Shown: positions 17,553 through 25,641 of the stretch, one piece after another
Position numbering within the stretch: position 1 is the stretch's first letter
Layout: every line of letters begins with the position of its first letter
DNA from: an uncultured Gammaproteobacteria bacterium
GTDB taxonomy: Bacteria > Pseudomonadota > Gammaproteobacteria > SZUA-229
Reading direction: 5' to 3'
DNA: 64,000 bases
NCBI GenBank assembly: GCA_963807625.1
Contig: CAWECN010000013.1
Span: forward strand, 2,258-66,257
Program-made: the position numbers and the translations under genes
The notes under the pieces: generated by a model
Seen by the model: the letters and a program-made list of their open reading frames with translations, nothing else
Database searches by the model: none
What the model was told of the DNA's origin: nothing

Positions 17553-18929
17553 TTATTCTGCTTCTGAAGAGATGACTGTCAGCTTTGCTTTACCTGCCGA
17601 TTTACTCTTATCAGTATCATAGATGTAATGACGTGACCATGGCACATGGTTGCTGTCAGCATGATGGAATACCACCTGGAACAATTGCAGTTCACCCGTA
17701 TTGAATGCAGCTATTGAACCATAGAGATATAAACCCCACGCCTTGACGAACTCCTCATCCATCATCTCGGTGATCTGCTCTTTATGCTCTTCAAAACGTT
17801 GCGCCCATAATTCGAGCGTACGTGAATAATGCAGACGGATGTTTTCGACATCGTATACTGCAAGGCGGTTTGCCTCGAAGATATTCATCATCTGGCTCAA
17901 TGCAGGAGGACGTGCGCCAGGAAAAATCCTTCGTTCTATCCAGGCATTCATCGGACCTTCAACCGTTCTACCGATAGTATGGATCAGTCCGCGACCATCA
18001 GGTTTTAAAAAGCGCCTGACGATATCACCCAGCTCTTCATAGTCATGTATAGCGACATGCTCCAGCATACCGACCGAAACAAAGACATCATAAGTGCCCT
18101 TAATATTTCGATAGTCATCCAGCACATACTCGATCTGCCGGGACAGGCCCTCTTCCTCGGCACGCTGCTTCGCATATTTGACCTGTTGTTTCGAGATGTT
18201 GTAGGCAGTAACATTCACACCATAATGTTTTGCCATGAAACGTGCGAGACCACCCCAGCCACATCCGGCTTCAACGACTTTATCTCCGGGCTTCAGGTCA
18301 AGTTTACGGCAGACGTGATGCAGTTTGGCCACCTGCGCTTCTTCCAGCGTCATACCTTCGTGGGGAAAATACGCACAGGTATACTGCATCTCTTCCTTAT
18401 CTAACCATAGTTTGTAAAAGTCGTTACCGATATCATAGTGATGGTGGATATTTTCTTTCGCTTTATCGAACGAGTTGAAGATACGGCGATGCCCCAGCCA
18501 TATAACGAAACGCCTCAGCAGACCCGGCTTACCTACACCGCTGATACCTTTATAGATGACCTGCATAAATTCAGCCATATGGCCTTCAAATACCACACGC
18601 CCCGAGCAGTAAAGATCTCCCCAGTGAAGCTCGGGATTAATGATGGTTTTTAACAGGGCGGCACGGTCACGATAGACCAGGACAGCGATCGGATAATCAC
18701 AGGGCAGTGTTACTTCGACACCATCCCATAAACTGATGCGAACAGGCGGGTTACCCACCACATCAAGCATCTTTGTTACCAGCCAGCGATCCAGCCAGGT
18801 CACGCCTGAGTGAAACATCGGCGAATTCTTACGATGAAATTTTATAGAAGAAGGCTGCTGGATTGCATCAGCACCAGCGTCCCTAGCGTCCGGTGCTCCA
18901 TGGATAATATTATTCTCTTTTAGAGCCAT
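17553..18929 (-). CDS. Cyclopropane-fatty-acyl-phospholipid synthase family SAM-dependent methyltransferase
   Basis: SAM-binding motif VVEAGCGWGGLARFMAKHYGVNVTAYNIS plus the CFA-synthase-like C-terminal domain. There is an about 100-aa N-terminal extension. Its stop lies 3 nt from the oxidoreductase start, so the two form an operon. Confidence 0.8.
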   Translation of the reverse strand: MALKENNIIHGAPDARDAGADAIQQPSSIKFHRKNSPMFHSGVTWLDRWLVTKMLDVVGNPPVRISLWDGVEVTLPCDYPIAVLVYRDRAALLKTIINPELHWGDLYCSGRVVFEGHMAEFMQVIYKGISGVGKPGLLRRFVIWLGHRRIFNSFDKAKENIHHHYDIGNDFYKLWLDKEEMQYTCAYFPHEGMTLEEAQVAKLHHVCRKLDLKPGDKVVEAGCGWGGLARFMAKHYGVNVTAYNISKQQVKYAKQRAEEEGLSRQIEYVLDDYRNIKGTYDVFVSVGMLEHVAIHDYEELGDIVRRFLKPDGRGLIHTIGRTVEGPMNAWIERRIFPGARPPALSQMMNIFEANRLAVYDVENIRLHYSRTLELWAQRFEEHKEQITEMMDEEFVKAWGLYLYGSIAAFNTGELQLFQVVFHHADSNHVPWSRHYIYDTDKSKSAGKAKLTVISSEAE

Positions 18930-19153
18930 TTTCTTTCTCGTCGCAACACCGAAATAATATAGTAATACATCATTTCAGACTTGATACAATCATTCTTTAA
19001 TACTAAATGATTCATATACATAAACAAAGCCCTCTTTTTGATAAAGATCAATGATTTAGTATGTATTTACCTATGTGTACCACCGGAGCATGTTGTAAAA
19101 GAGTCCACCTCAACACTGCCACATGAAGCGTCATCGGGGTACAATGCCCGCCC

Positions 19154-21061
19154 ATGTTACAAGCAAAAAATCTGGGCGTCAGGCGGGGCGTCAAACTGTT
19201 ATTCGACGACACCAGCTTCCAGATCCATCCCGGACAAAAAGTCGGCATTACGGGAGCCAATGGCACGGGTAAATCCAGCCTGTTCTCACTGATCTTAAAA
19301 CAGCTGCATGCTGATTCCGGTGAGTGCAGCTACCCGGACAACTGGGTGATCGCACATGTCTCCCAGGAATTGGCCGATAGCGATCGACAGGCGATCGAAT
19401 TTGTACTCGATGGCGATACTGAGCTAAGACAGGTACAGCAGGCCATCGATAAAGCAGAAAAAGCTGACGATGGCATACAGGTCGCCACCCTGCATGGTCA
19501 GCTAGATAACATCGACGGTTACACTGCAAACTCACGAGCCAGCCAGCTACTCGCTGGCCTGGGCTTTAAGGCCAGTGATGAATCACGCGCCTTCAACGAA
19601 TTTTCAGGCGGCTGGCAGATGCGCCTCAACCTGGCGAAAGCACTCATGTGCCGGTCCGATCTGTTACTGCTGGATGAACCGACCAACCACCTCGATCTGG
19701 ACACCATCATCTGGCTCGAATCCTGGCTATCTGCCTATCGTGGCACACTGTTACTAATCTCCCATGATCGTGATTTTTTAAATAATATCTGCACTCATAT
19801 CGGACACCTGGAACAGCAGAAGATACAGCTCTATGTGGGCAATTATTCAGCATTCGAACGCATACGCGCAGAGAGATTAGCCAACCAGCAGTCAGAGTAT
19901 GTCAAACAGCAACGTCATATCGCGCATATAGAATCCTACATCGAACGATTTCGCGCCAAGGCGACCAAGGCCAAACAGGCACAGAGCCGACTGAAAGCAC
20001 TCGAGCGGATGCAGACTATCGCGCCGGCACATGTAGACTCCCCTTTTCACTTCTCCCTGTTTGAACCGGAGAAAATCCCCAACAGCCTGCTGCACATGGA
20101 ATCTGTAGACGCAGGCTACGACGACACGCTCATATTGAAGGGGATTGACTTCCAGTTGCTGCCCGGTGACAGGATCGGATTACTCGGGCCGAATGGGGCG
20201 GGTAAGTCTACATTCATAAAAGTACTGGCGAACCAGATTTCAATATCCAGCGGTGAATACCGGCTGGCGAAAGAGACCAGGATCGGTTATTTCGCGCAAC
20301 ACCAGCTAGAACAGTTACATAATGAGCACACCCCTGTTGAACATCTTCAACAGATAGACAGGAATAGTCGCGAGGCAGAGTTAAGAGATTATCTCGGTCG
20401 TTTTGGTTTTTCAAATGACATGGCATTATCAAAGATACAGAATTTTTCCGGAGGCGAAAAATCTCGTCTGGTGCTATCGATGATCATATACCAGAGACCC
20501 AACCTGTTATTACTCGATGAGCCGACCAATCACCTCGACCTTGAGATGCGTGAAGCACTTGCAGAAGCCCTGCAGGAATTTTCCGGCGCCATGGTCATCG
20601 TCTCGCATGACAGGCACCTGCTCAATTCGACATGTGATCAACTGTTATTAGTAAACCAGCAAACTATCAGCGAATTTCCACTCGGACTTGACGAATACCC
20701 CAGATGGTTAAGTGAACACAACAACAGTCTCCCGGTCAGCACATCAGGTGCTGAAGGCGCCGACGCTCAAGGTATATCCAACAAAGAAAGGAAACGACGG
20801 GAAGCCGAACAGAGAAAAAAGACACTGCCGTTAAGAAAAAAGATAAAACAGCTCGAAGACGACATGCAGAAACTCTCGAAAAAACTGACCGAGATAGACC
20901 AGCAGTTATCTGATAGCGACATCTACACCGATCAGAACAAACAGAAACTACAGGAACTGTTATTAAAAAAAGCCGAGTTCGATAAAACACATGGAGCGGC
21001 GGAGACCGAATGGTTTGAGATCAATGAAGAACTCGAAGATATGTCCCTCGACACACACTAA
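19154..21061 (+). CDS. ABC-F family ATPase (Uup/YheS-like, two ABC domains and a C-terminal coiled-coil arm)
   Basis: Two Walker A motifs (GANGTGKS, GPNGAGKS) and two signature motifs (FSGGWQMR, FSGGEKSR). A Lys/Glu-rich coiled-coil tail follows. There are no transmembrane domains. Confidence 0.9.
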   Translation: MLQAKNLGVRRGVKLLFDDTSFQIHPGQKVGITGANGTGKSSLFSLILKQLHADSGECSYPDNWVIAHVSQELADSDRQAIEFVLDGDTELRQVQQAIDKAEKADDGIQVATLHGQLDNIDGYTANSRASQLLAGLGFKASDESRAFNEFSGGWQMRLNLAKALMCRSDLLLLDEPTNHLDLDTIIWLESWLSAYRGTLLLISHDRDFLNNICTHIGHLEQQKIQLYVGNYSAFERIRAERLANQQSEYVKQQRHIAHIESYIERFRAKATKAKQAQSRLKALERMQTIAPAHVDSPFHFSLFEPEKIPNSLLHMESVDAGYDDTLILKGIDFQLLPGDRIGLLGPNGAGKSTFIKVLANQISISSGEYRLAKETRIGYFAQHQLEQLHNEHTPVEHLQQIDRNSREAELRDYLGRFGFSNDMALSKIQNFSGGEKSRLVLSMIIYQRPNLLLLDEPTNHLDLEMREALAEALQEFSGAMVIVSHDRHLLNSTCDQLLLVNQQTISEFPLGLDEYPRWLSEHNNSLPVSTSGAEGADAQGISNKERKRREAEQRKKTLPLRKKIKQLEDDMQKLSKKLTEIDQQLSDSDIYTDQNKQKLQELLLKKAEFDKTHGAAETEWFEINEELEDMSLDTH

Positions 21062-21077
21062 CCAGCGAGCACGATAG

Positions 21078-21533
21078 ATGAACAAAAAATGTTTAGCAAC
21101 AACCGTCATACTGTTATTAATTATCACAGCGGGCTTTTATAAATTCATAGTTCAGGGAAGTACGACAGAAAGCAGCGATGGTCGAATAACGATCTTATTA
21201 AATGATAACGAAAGAAACCTGGTGCTGGCCGAGATGCGTGCTTTTTTAGTAAGTATCCAGCAGATAAACCAGGGACTAGCTGAAGATGATATGGAGCGGG
21301 TCGCAATGTCTGCTCGTAGATCAGGCAATGCAGCACAGGGTAGCATGCCAGGCAGCCTGGTCGGGAAACTGCCGATCGAATTCAAGAAGCTCGGCAGGGA
21401 TACACACACCAGGTTTGATCAGCTGGCCATGGACGCAGAAGACCTGGAAGACAACAGCCATACCATGGAGCAACTATCGACATTGATGCAGAACTGCGTT
21501 ACCTGCCATGCAACCTATCGAATAGATATCTAG
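21078..21533 (+). CDS. Putative class II cytochrome c (cytochrome c-prime/c556-like), membrane-anchored or secreted
   Basis: 151 aa. N-terminal signal/anchor KKCLATTVILLLIITAGFY, a predicted helical body, and a single CxxCH heme motif (CVTCH) about 10 residues from the C-terminus, as in four-helix-bundle cytochromes. Confidence 0.45.
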   Translation: MNKKCLATTVILLLIITAGFYKFIVQGSTTESSDGRITILLNDNERNLVLAEMRAFLVSIQQINQGLAEDDMERVAMSARRSGNAAQGSMPGSLVGKLPIEFKKLGRDTHTRFDQLAMDAEDLEDNSHTMEQLSTLMQNCVTCHATYRIDI

Positions 21534-21645
21534 TTTCTGGTATCGACGTTAGAAGTATAGTTACACCAGAACCATTTCATCGCAGGAAGATTCTCCTACG
21601 AGGGAATGGTATTGTATTTAATTATTACTCATAACTTCTGTTTGA

Positions 21646-22485
21646 TCATAAGCAATCCGATCGATATTTATGCATCTTATGTTCCGCATCGTCGTAACAC
21701 ATAATAATATCTTTCACGATATCACTTCGCACGATGTCGGCATATTCAAATTCATGGACATAGACACCCTTCACCGCATGCGTACGACAGATAGCGTCGT
21801 GCAAACCGGAATAACAGCGGATATCTGACTGGCTCAGGTCGCCGCTGATCACCACGGTAGACTGTTCTCCGATGCGTGTCATAAACATCTTTATCTCGTC
21901 AGGCGTACAGTTCTGCGCTTCATCCAGAACCACGAACGCACGGTTGAACGTTTTACCTCGCATATAAGCCAGCGGTTCCACCGTGATATTGCCATTTTTG
22001 AGTGCACATTCGATCACCCCTTTTCCAGCATTGCTTATCAGGCATGATTTAAAAGCACTGAAATAAGGATCAAACTTTTCATCAAGTTTGCCAGGCAGGA
22101 ACCCCATGCTATTGCCGGCCTCTACTGCAGGACGGGTAAAGATTATACGATCGATATCACCTGAGATCAGCGCCTGCGCAGCCATAGCTGCAGCACAATA
22201 GCTCTTTCCCGTACCAGCGGGACCTAATCCGAATATCAGTGTATGTGTTTTGATCGCAGCCATAAACATATCCTGAGATTTGTTTTTTGGCTGGATAGGT
22301 TTTATCTGTGTGGTCTGATGTTGATACTGGTGTGACGGGGATTTTCGAGAGAGGGAGTGAGGGTAAGGATCATTATGCGGAGAGGAGTGGAAATCGATGA
22401 CTACGTTATCCTCCGACATGTAATCTTGTTGTTGTAATTTATTTTTTTGTCTTTTCGCTCGACCATGCTTTCTCGACATGCACAC
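21646..22485 (-). CDS. PhoH-like ATPase
   Basis: Walker A GPAGTGKS, Walker B/PhoH signature VVLDEAQNCTPDEIKMFMTRIGEQSTVVISGDLSQSDI. The first about 72 codons of the track ORF are low-complexity (Q/H/P/K-rich) and may be 5' over-extension. A likely alternative start is MFMAAIK near 22269. Confidence 0.75.
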   Translation of the reverse strand: MCMSRKHGRAKRQKNKLQQQDYMSEDNVVIDFHSSPHNDPYPHSLSRKSPSHQYQHQTTQIKPIQPKNKSQDMFMAAIKTHTLIFGLGPAGTGKSYCAAAMAAQALISGDIDRIIFTRPAVEAGNSMGFLPGKLDEKFDPYFSAFKSCLISNAGKGVIECALKNGNITVEPLAYMRGKTFNRAFVVLDEAQNCTPDEIKMFMTRIGEQSTVVISGDLSQSDIRCYSGLHDAICRTHAVKGVYVHEFEYADIVRSDIVKDIIMCYDDAEHKMHKYRSDCL

Positions 22486-22690
22486 ACCTCGGAAGTTGGT
22501 TAATAAAGTTGTTAAATAAATTAAATATCAAAATAATATTTTATATAAATACCCGCCTGTCCTGTTACCAAGTATTATTACTACTTTATAATGACAATGT
22601 AAACAACTTTTTTGAAAAAAGTTTTTTTATTTTGAACAAGCCTGAAAAAAATAACGCACACCTTAACTACTTTTAAAATATACTTATCGA

Positions 22691-24136
22691 ATGGGCGAAG
22701 AAATACAATACAGTCGTTTTACTAAAACTGACTATCAGAAATTTACTTCTCGTCTCAAAGAAGAAACTGTACTAGTAAAAAACTGGTTTGAAACCAATCG
22801 CTTCTCATCTGCACCACTGATGGCCGGTTACGAACTCGAAGCATGGTTGATAAACAAGACAGGTCATCCTGTCGCCATCAATGAGTCATTCCTGGAAAAA
22901 GCAAACAATGATCTGTTGAGTCCTGAACTCGCAAAGTTTAATGTCGAACTCAACGTTGCCCCCGGTAACTTATCTCAGAACATCCTGTCTACTTTCGAAA
23001 GTGAACTCGACAGGTTATGGCAACAATGTTCAGCTACCGCGGCATCTCTGGATAGTGCTTTTCTTGGCATAGGGATCCTGCCTACATTGCAGGACAGCGA
23101 CCTCACGCTTGAGAATATATCGCTGATGGATCGTTACAAAGCGCTCAACGAACAGGTACTGAGGCAACGCAACGGCCTGGAGATAACACTAAACATCAAT
23201 GGCAGAGACAACCTGCAGGTAAGCCATAAAGACGTGATGCTGGAGGCAGCTGCGACATCACTGCAGATCCACATACAGGTACCCCAGGAAGCGGCCGCCC
23301 GCTATTACAATGCATCGATAATATTATCAGCTCCGATGGTAGCCATAAGCGCCAACTCCCCCTGTTTATTCGGCCGACGCCTCTGGCAGGAGACACGTAT
23401 CCCCGTCTTCGAACAGGCCGTACCTACCGGGGGTTATGGCGGCGCAGCAGCCGGCCCGGTACACCGTGTCAGCTTTGGCTCTGACTATGTGCGCGACTCA
23501 CTCTTCGAATGCTTCCAGGAAAACTTTGACCATTTTCCCATATTACTGCCGGTACAGTATGAAACAGCATTAGAAAAAGTCAGGCACCTGCGGCTACACA
23601 ATGGCACCATCTGGCGCTGGAATCGACCCTTGATCGGGTTCGATGAAGACCAGACACCACATCTGCGTATCGAGCATCGCGTCTGTGCTGCTGCGCCCAG
23701 TACTATAGACAATATTGCCAATATCGCTTTTTATTATGGACTGGCACATTATTATGCGACGGCAGATAAACCACCTGAATACACTATGCCATTCGCCGAT
23801 GCTAAAAATAATTTTTATCGTGCTGCACAACTAGGTATAAAACATAAGACCAGCTGGTTCAGTAAAAATACCGAATCATTACAAAAGATCATACTGGACA
23901 GGTTACTGGTCGAAGCCGAAACTGGCCTTTACCGCATGGGTATAGACGAACGGGACAGCCGGCGTTATCTCTCTGTCATCGAGCAACGCGTGGAAAAAAA
24001 CCGCACCGGCAGCGAATGGCAGTTAAATTTCCTTAACGCACATCAAGATGACAGGACCTTGCTCACGTTAAACTATCTGAAGAACCAGAAATCTGGTCGT
24101 CCAGTACATGAATGGGATTTCGAGACGACCACATAG
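22691..24136 (+). CDS. Glutamate-cysteine ligase family 2 (GCS2)/carboxylate-amine ligase-like protein
   Basis: 481 aa. The GCS2-like N-terminal region (MAGYELEAWLINKTG) and the overall length and composition are consistent with ATP-dependent carboxylate-amine ligases. The assignment is from family recall, not a search. Confidence 0.55.
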   Translation: MGEEIQYSRFTKTDYQKFTSRLKEETVLVKNWFETNRFSSAPLMAGYELEAWLINKTGHPVAINESFLEKANNDLLSPELAKFNVELNVAPGNLSQNILSTFESELDRLWQQCSATAASLDSAFLGIGILPTLQDSDLTLENISLMDRYKALNEQVLRQRNGLEITLNINGRDNLQVSHKDVMLEAAATSLQIHIQVPQEAAARYYNASIILSAPMVAISANSPCLFGRRLWQETRIPVFEQAVPTGGYGGAAAGPVHRVSFGSDYVRDSLFECFQENFDHFPILLPVQYETALEKVRHLRLHNGTIWRWNRPLIGFDEDQTPHLRIEHRVCAAAPSTIDNIANIAFYYGLAHYYATADKPPEYTMPFADAKNNFYRAAQLGIKHKTSWFSKNTESLQKIILDRLLVEAETGLYRMGIDERDSRRYLSVIEQRVEKNRTGSEWQLNFLNAHQDDRTLLTLNYLKNQKSGRPVHEWDFETTT

Positions 24137-24156
24137 TCAACACATGAGACATTAAC

Positions 24157-25152
24157 ATGTTAAATGAAATGAACCACATCCCTGACGCTTTTCTAGAGAC
24201 GAAAGCAGAAGAACTGCACGAAATACTGAAAGCACCGACACTGTTTCACCTTGAAGGAATAAATCCACAGCCATTATTCATATGCACTCTTTTGCATGGC
24301 GACGAGACCACTGGCCTATATGCCATTCAACGACTGTTGAAAAAATACAGAAACAAACCATTGCCAAGGGCCATCTCACTTTTCATTGGTAACATAGCGG
24401 CCGCCAGGGAGAATCAACGCAACCTCGACACACAGGATGACTACAACCGCATCTGGCCGGGAAGCTACCATAGCGATTCGCCCGAAAAAGATATGATGCA
24501 GATCGTCACCAATATAATGCAGAAGAAGAAACCTTTCGCCAGCATCGACATACACAATAATACGGGAAAGAATCCGCATTACGGCTGCATCAACATCCTC
24601 AACCCGCATGGCCTTGTACTGGTCTCTGCGTTCAGCGACATCGCCGTGTATTTCACCGACCCCAAGGGCGTACAGTCCTCAGCATTCTCAGACTTTTGTC
24701 CTTCTGTCGTACTGGAGTGTGGCCAGGCAAGTGACAGGTCTGGTGAAGACCATGCATTATCATATATCGAAAAAATACTGCAGATGGACAGCCTCTCAGC
24801 GGGAGACAGCGACAACCTGATGCTCTATCACACCATCGCACGTGTTACGGTACCCAAGACAGTAAGCATCGGTGACAGCACGAAAGACATCTGCCTGAAC
24901 CCGCAGCTTGAAGAAAAAAACTTTCACCAGATCCTGCCGGGCACCGAATTTGCCTCGGTTAACTCAGCAAAAGACAAACTGATCATCGTCAACAGCGAAA
25001 GTCATGAAGACATCACTGACGAATACATGGAGTTAAAAGACGACAGGATACTATTCAAAAAACCGATAACACTATCCATGTTCACCACCAGCGAGAGAGC
25101 GATAAGGCAGGACTGTGTATGTTACTTGATGGAAGAGCTACGTATCGGCTAA
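24157..25152 (+). CDS. Succinylglutamate desuccinylase/aspartoacylase (AstE/AspA) family zinc hydrolase
   Basis: Has the family's HGxE-type zinc site (LLHGDETTG) and the overall length for this family. It sits 20 nt downstream of the GCS2-like gene, probably in the same operon. Confidence 0.6.
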   Translation: MLNEMNHIPDAFLETKAEELHEILKAPTLFHLEGINPQPLFICTLLHGDETTGLYAIQRLLKKYRNKPLPRAISLFIGNIAAARENQRNLDTQDDYNRIWPGSYHSDSPEKDMMQIVTNIMQKKKPFASIDIHNNTGKNPHYGCINILNPHGLVLVSAFSDIAVYFTDPKGVQSSAFSDFCPSVVLECGQASDRSGEDHALSYIEKILQMDSLSAGDSDNLMLYHTIARVTVPKTVSIGDSTKDICLNPQLEEKNFHQILPGTEFASVNSAKDKLIIVNSESHEDITDEYMELKDDRILFKKPITLSMFTTSERAIRQDCVCYLMEELRIG

Positions 25153-25164
25153 CAGCCCAAAGCT

Positions 25165-25629
25165 CTATTTCAACTGGACTTCAAAAAACACGTTACCTGC
25201 ATCGATATCACGTACCGCGAACATCCTGCCATCTTTCTCATAGAGGGTATAATGATAGGTCCGTACCCCATCGGTCGAGACAAGTTCGTCACCGACCACT
25301 TTACGCTCTATCCTGCCTTCCAGTGGCGGCGCCCTGGCAATAAGACGTGAGTCGAGGAAAATGGACGCCTTGTCACTCTTTGTTTCTTTGAACTCCCGTT
25401 CCATTCCGGCTTTGCTATCATCATTCTTAGAGATAGAGACCGCTTCAGTCTCGATATCGACGACCTTGATTTTATTATTGCTCATTATCTCCAGGATCTT
25501 CTGTCCTGACAGCTGGATGTAACCATGTTCGATAAGCTCATCTACCGTTAAAAACTCTTTCTCATCAGCATAGGAACTTACAGAAAATAACACTAATAAA
25601 ACAACGACACAACTCTTCATAATATTCAT
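25165..25629 (-). CDS. Secreted hypothetical protein (154 aa), co-transcribed downstream of the GGDEF-EAL gene
   Basis: Signal peptide MNIMKSCVVVLLVLFSVSSYA. A 12-nt gap separates it from the upstream gene on the same strand. Confidence 0.45.
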   Translation of the reverse strand: MNIMKSCVVVLLVLFSVSSYADEKEFLTVDELIEHGYIQLSGQKILEIMSNNKIKVVDIETEAVSISKNDDSKAGMEREFKETKSDKASIFLDSRLIARAPPLEGRIERKVVGDELVSTDGVRTYHYTLYEKDGRMFAVRDIDAGNVFFEVQLK

Positions 25630-25641
25630 CTCATCAATTCT

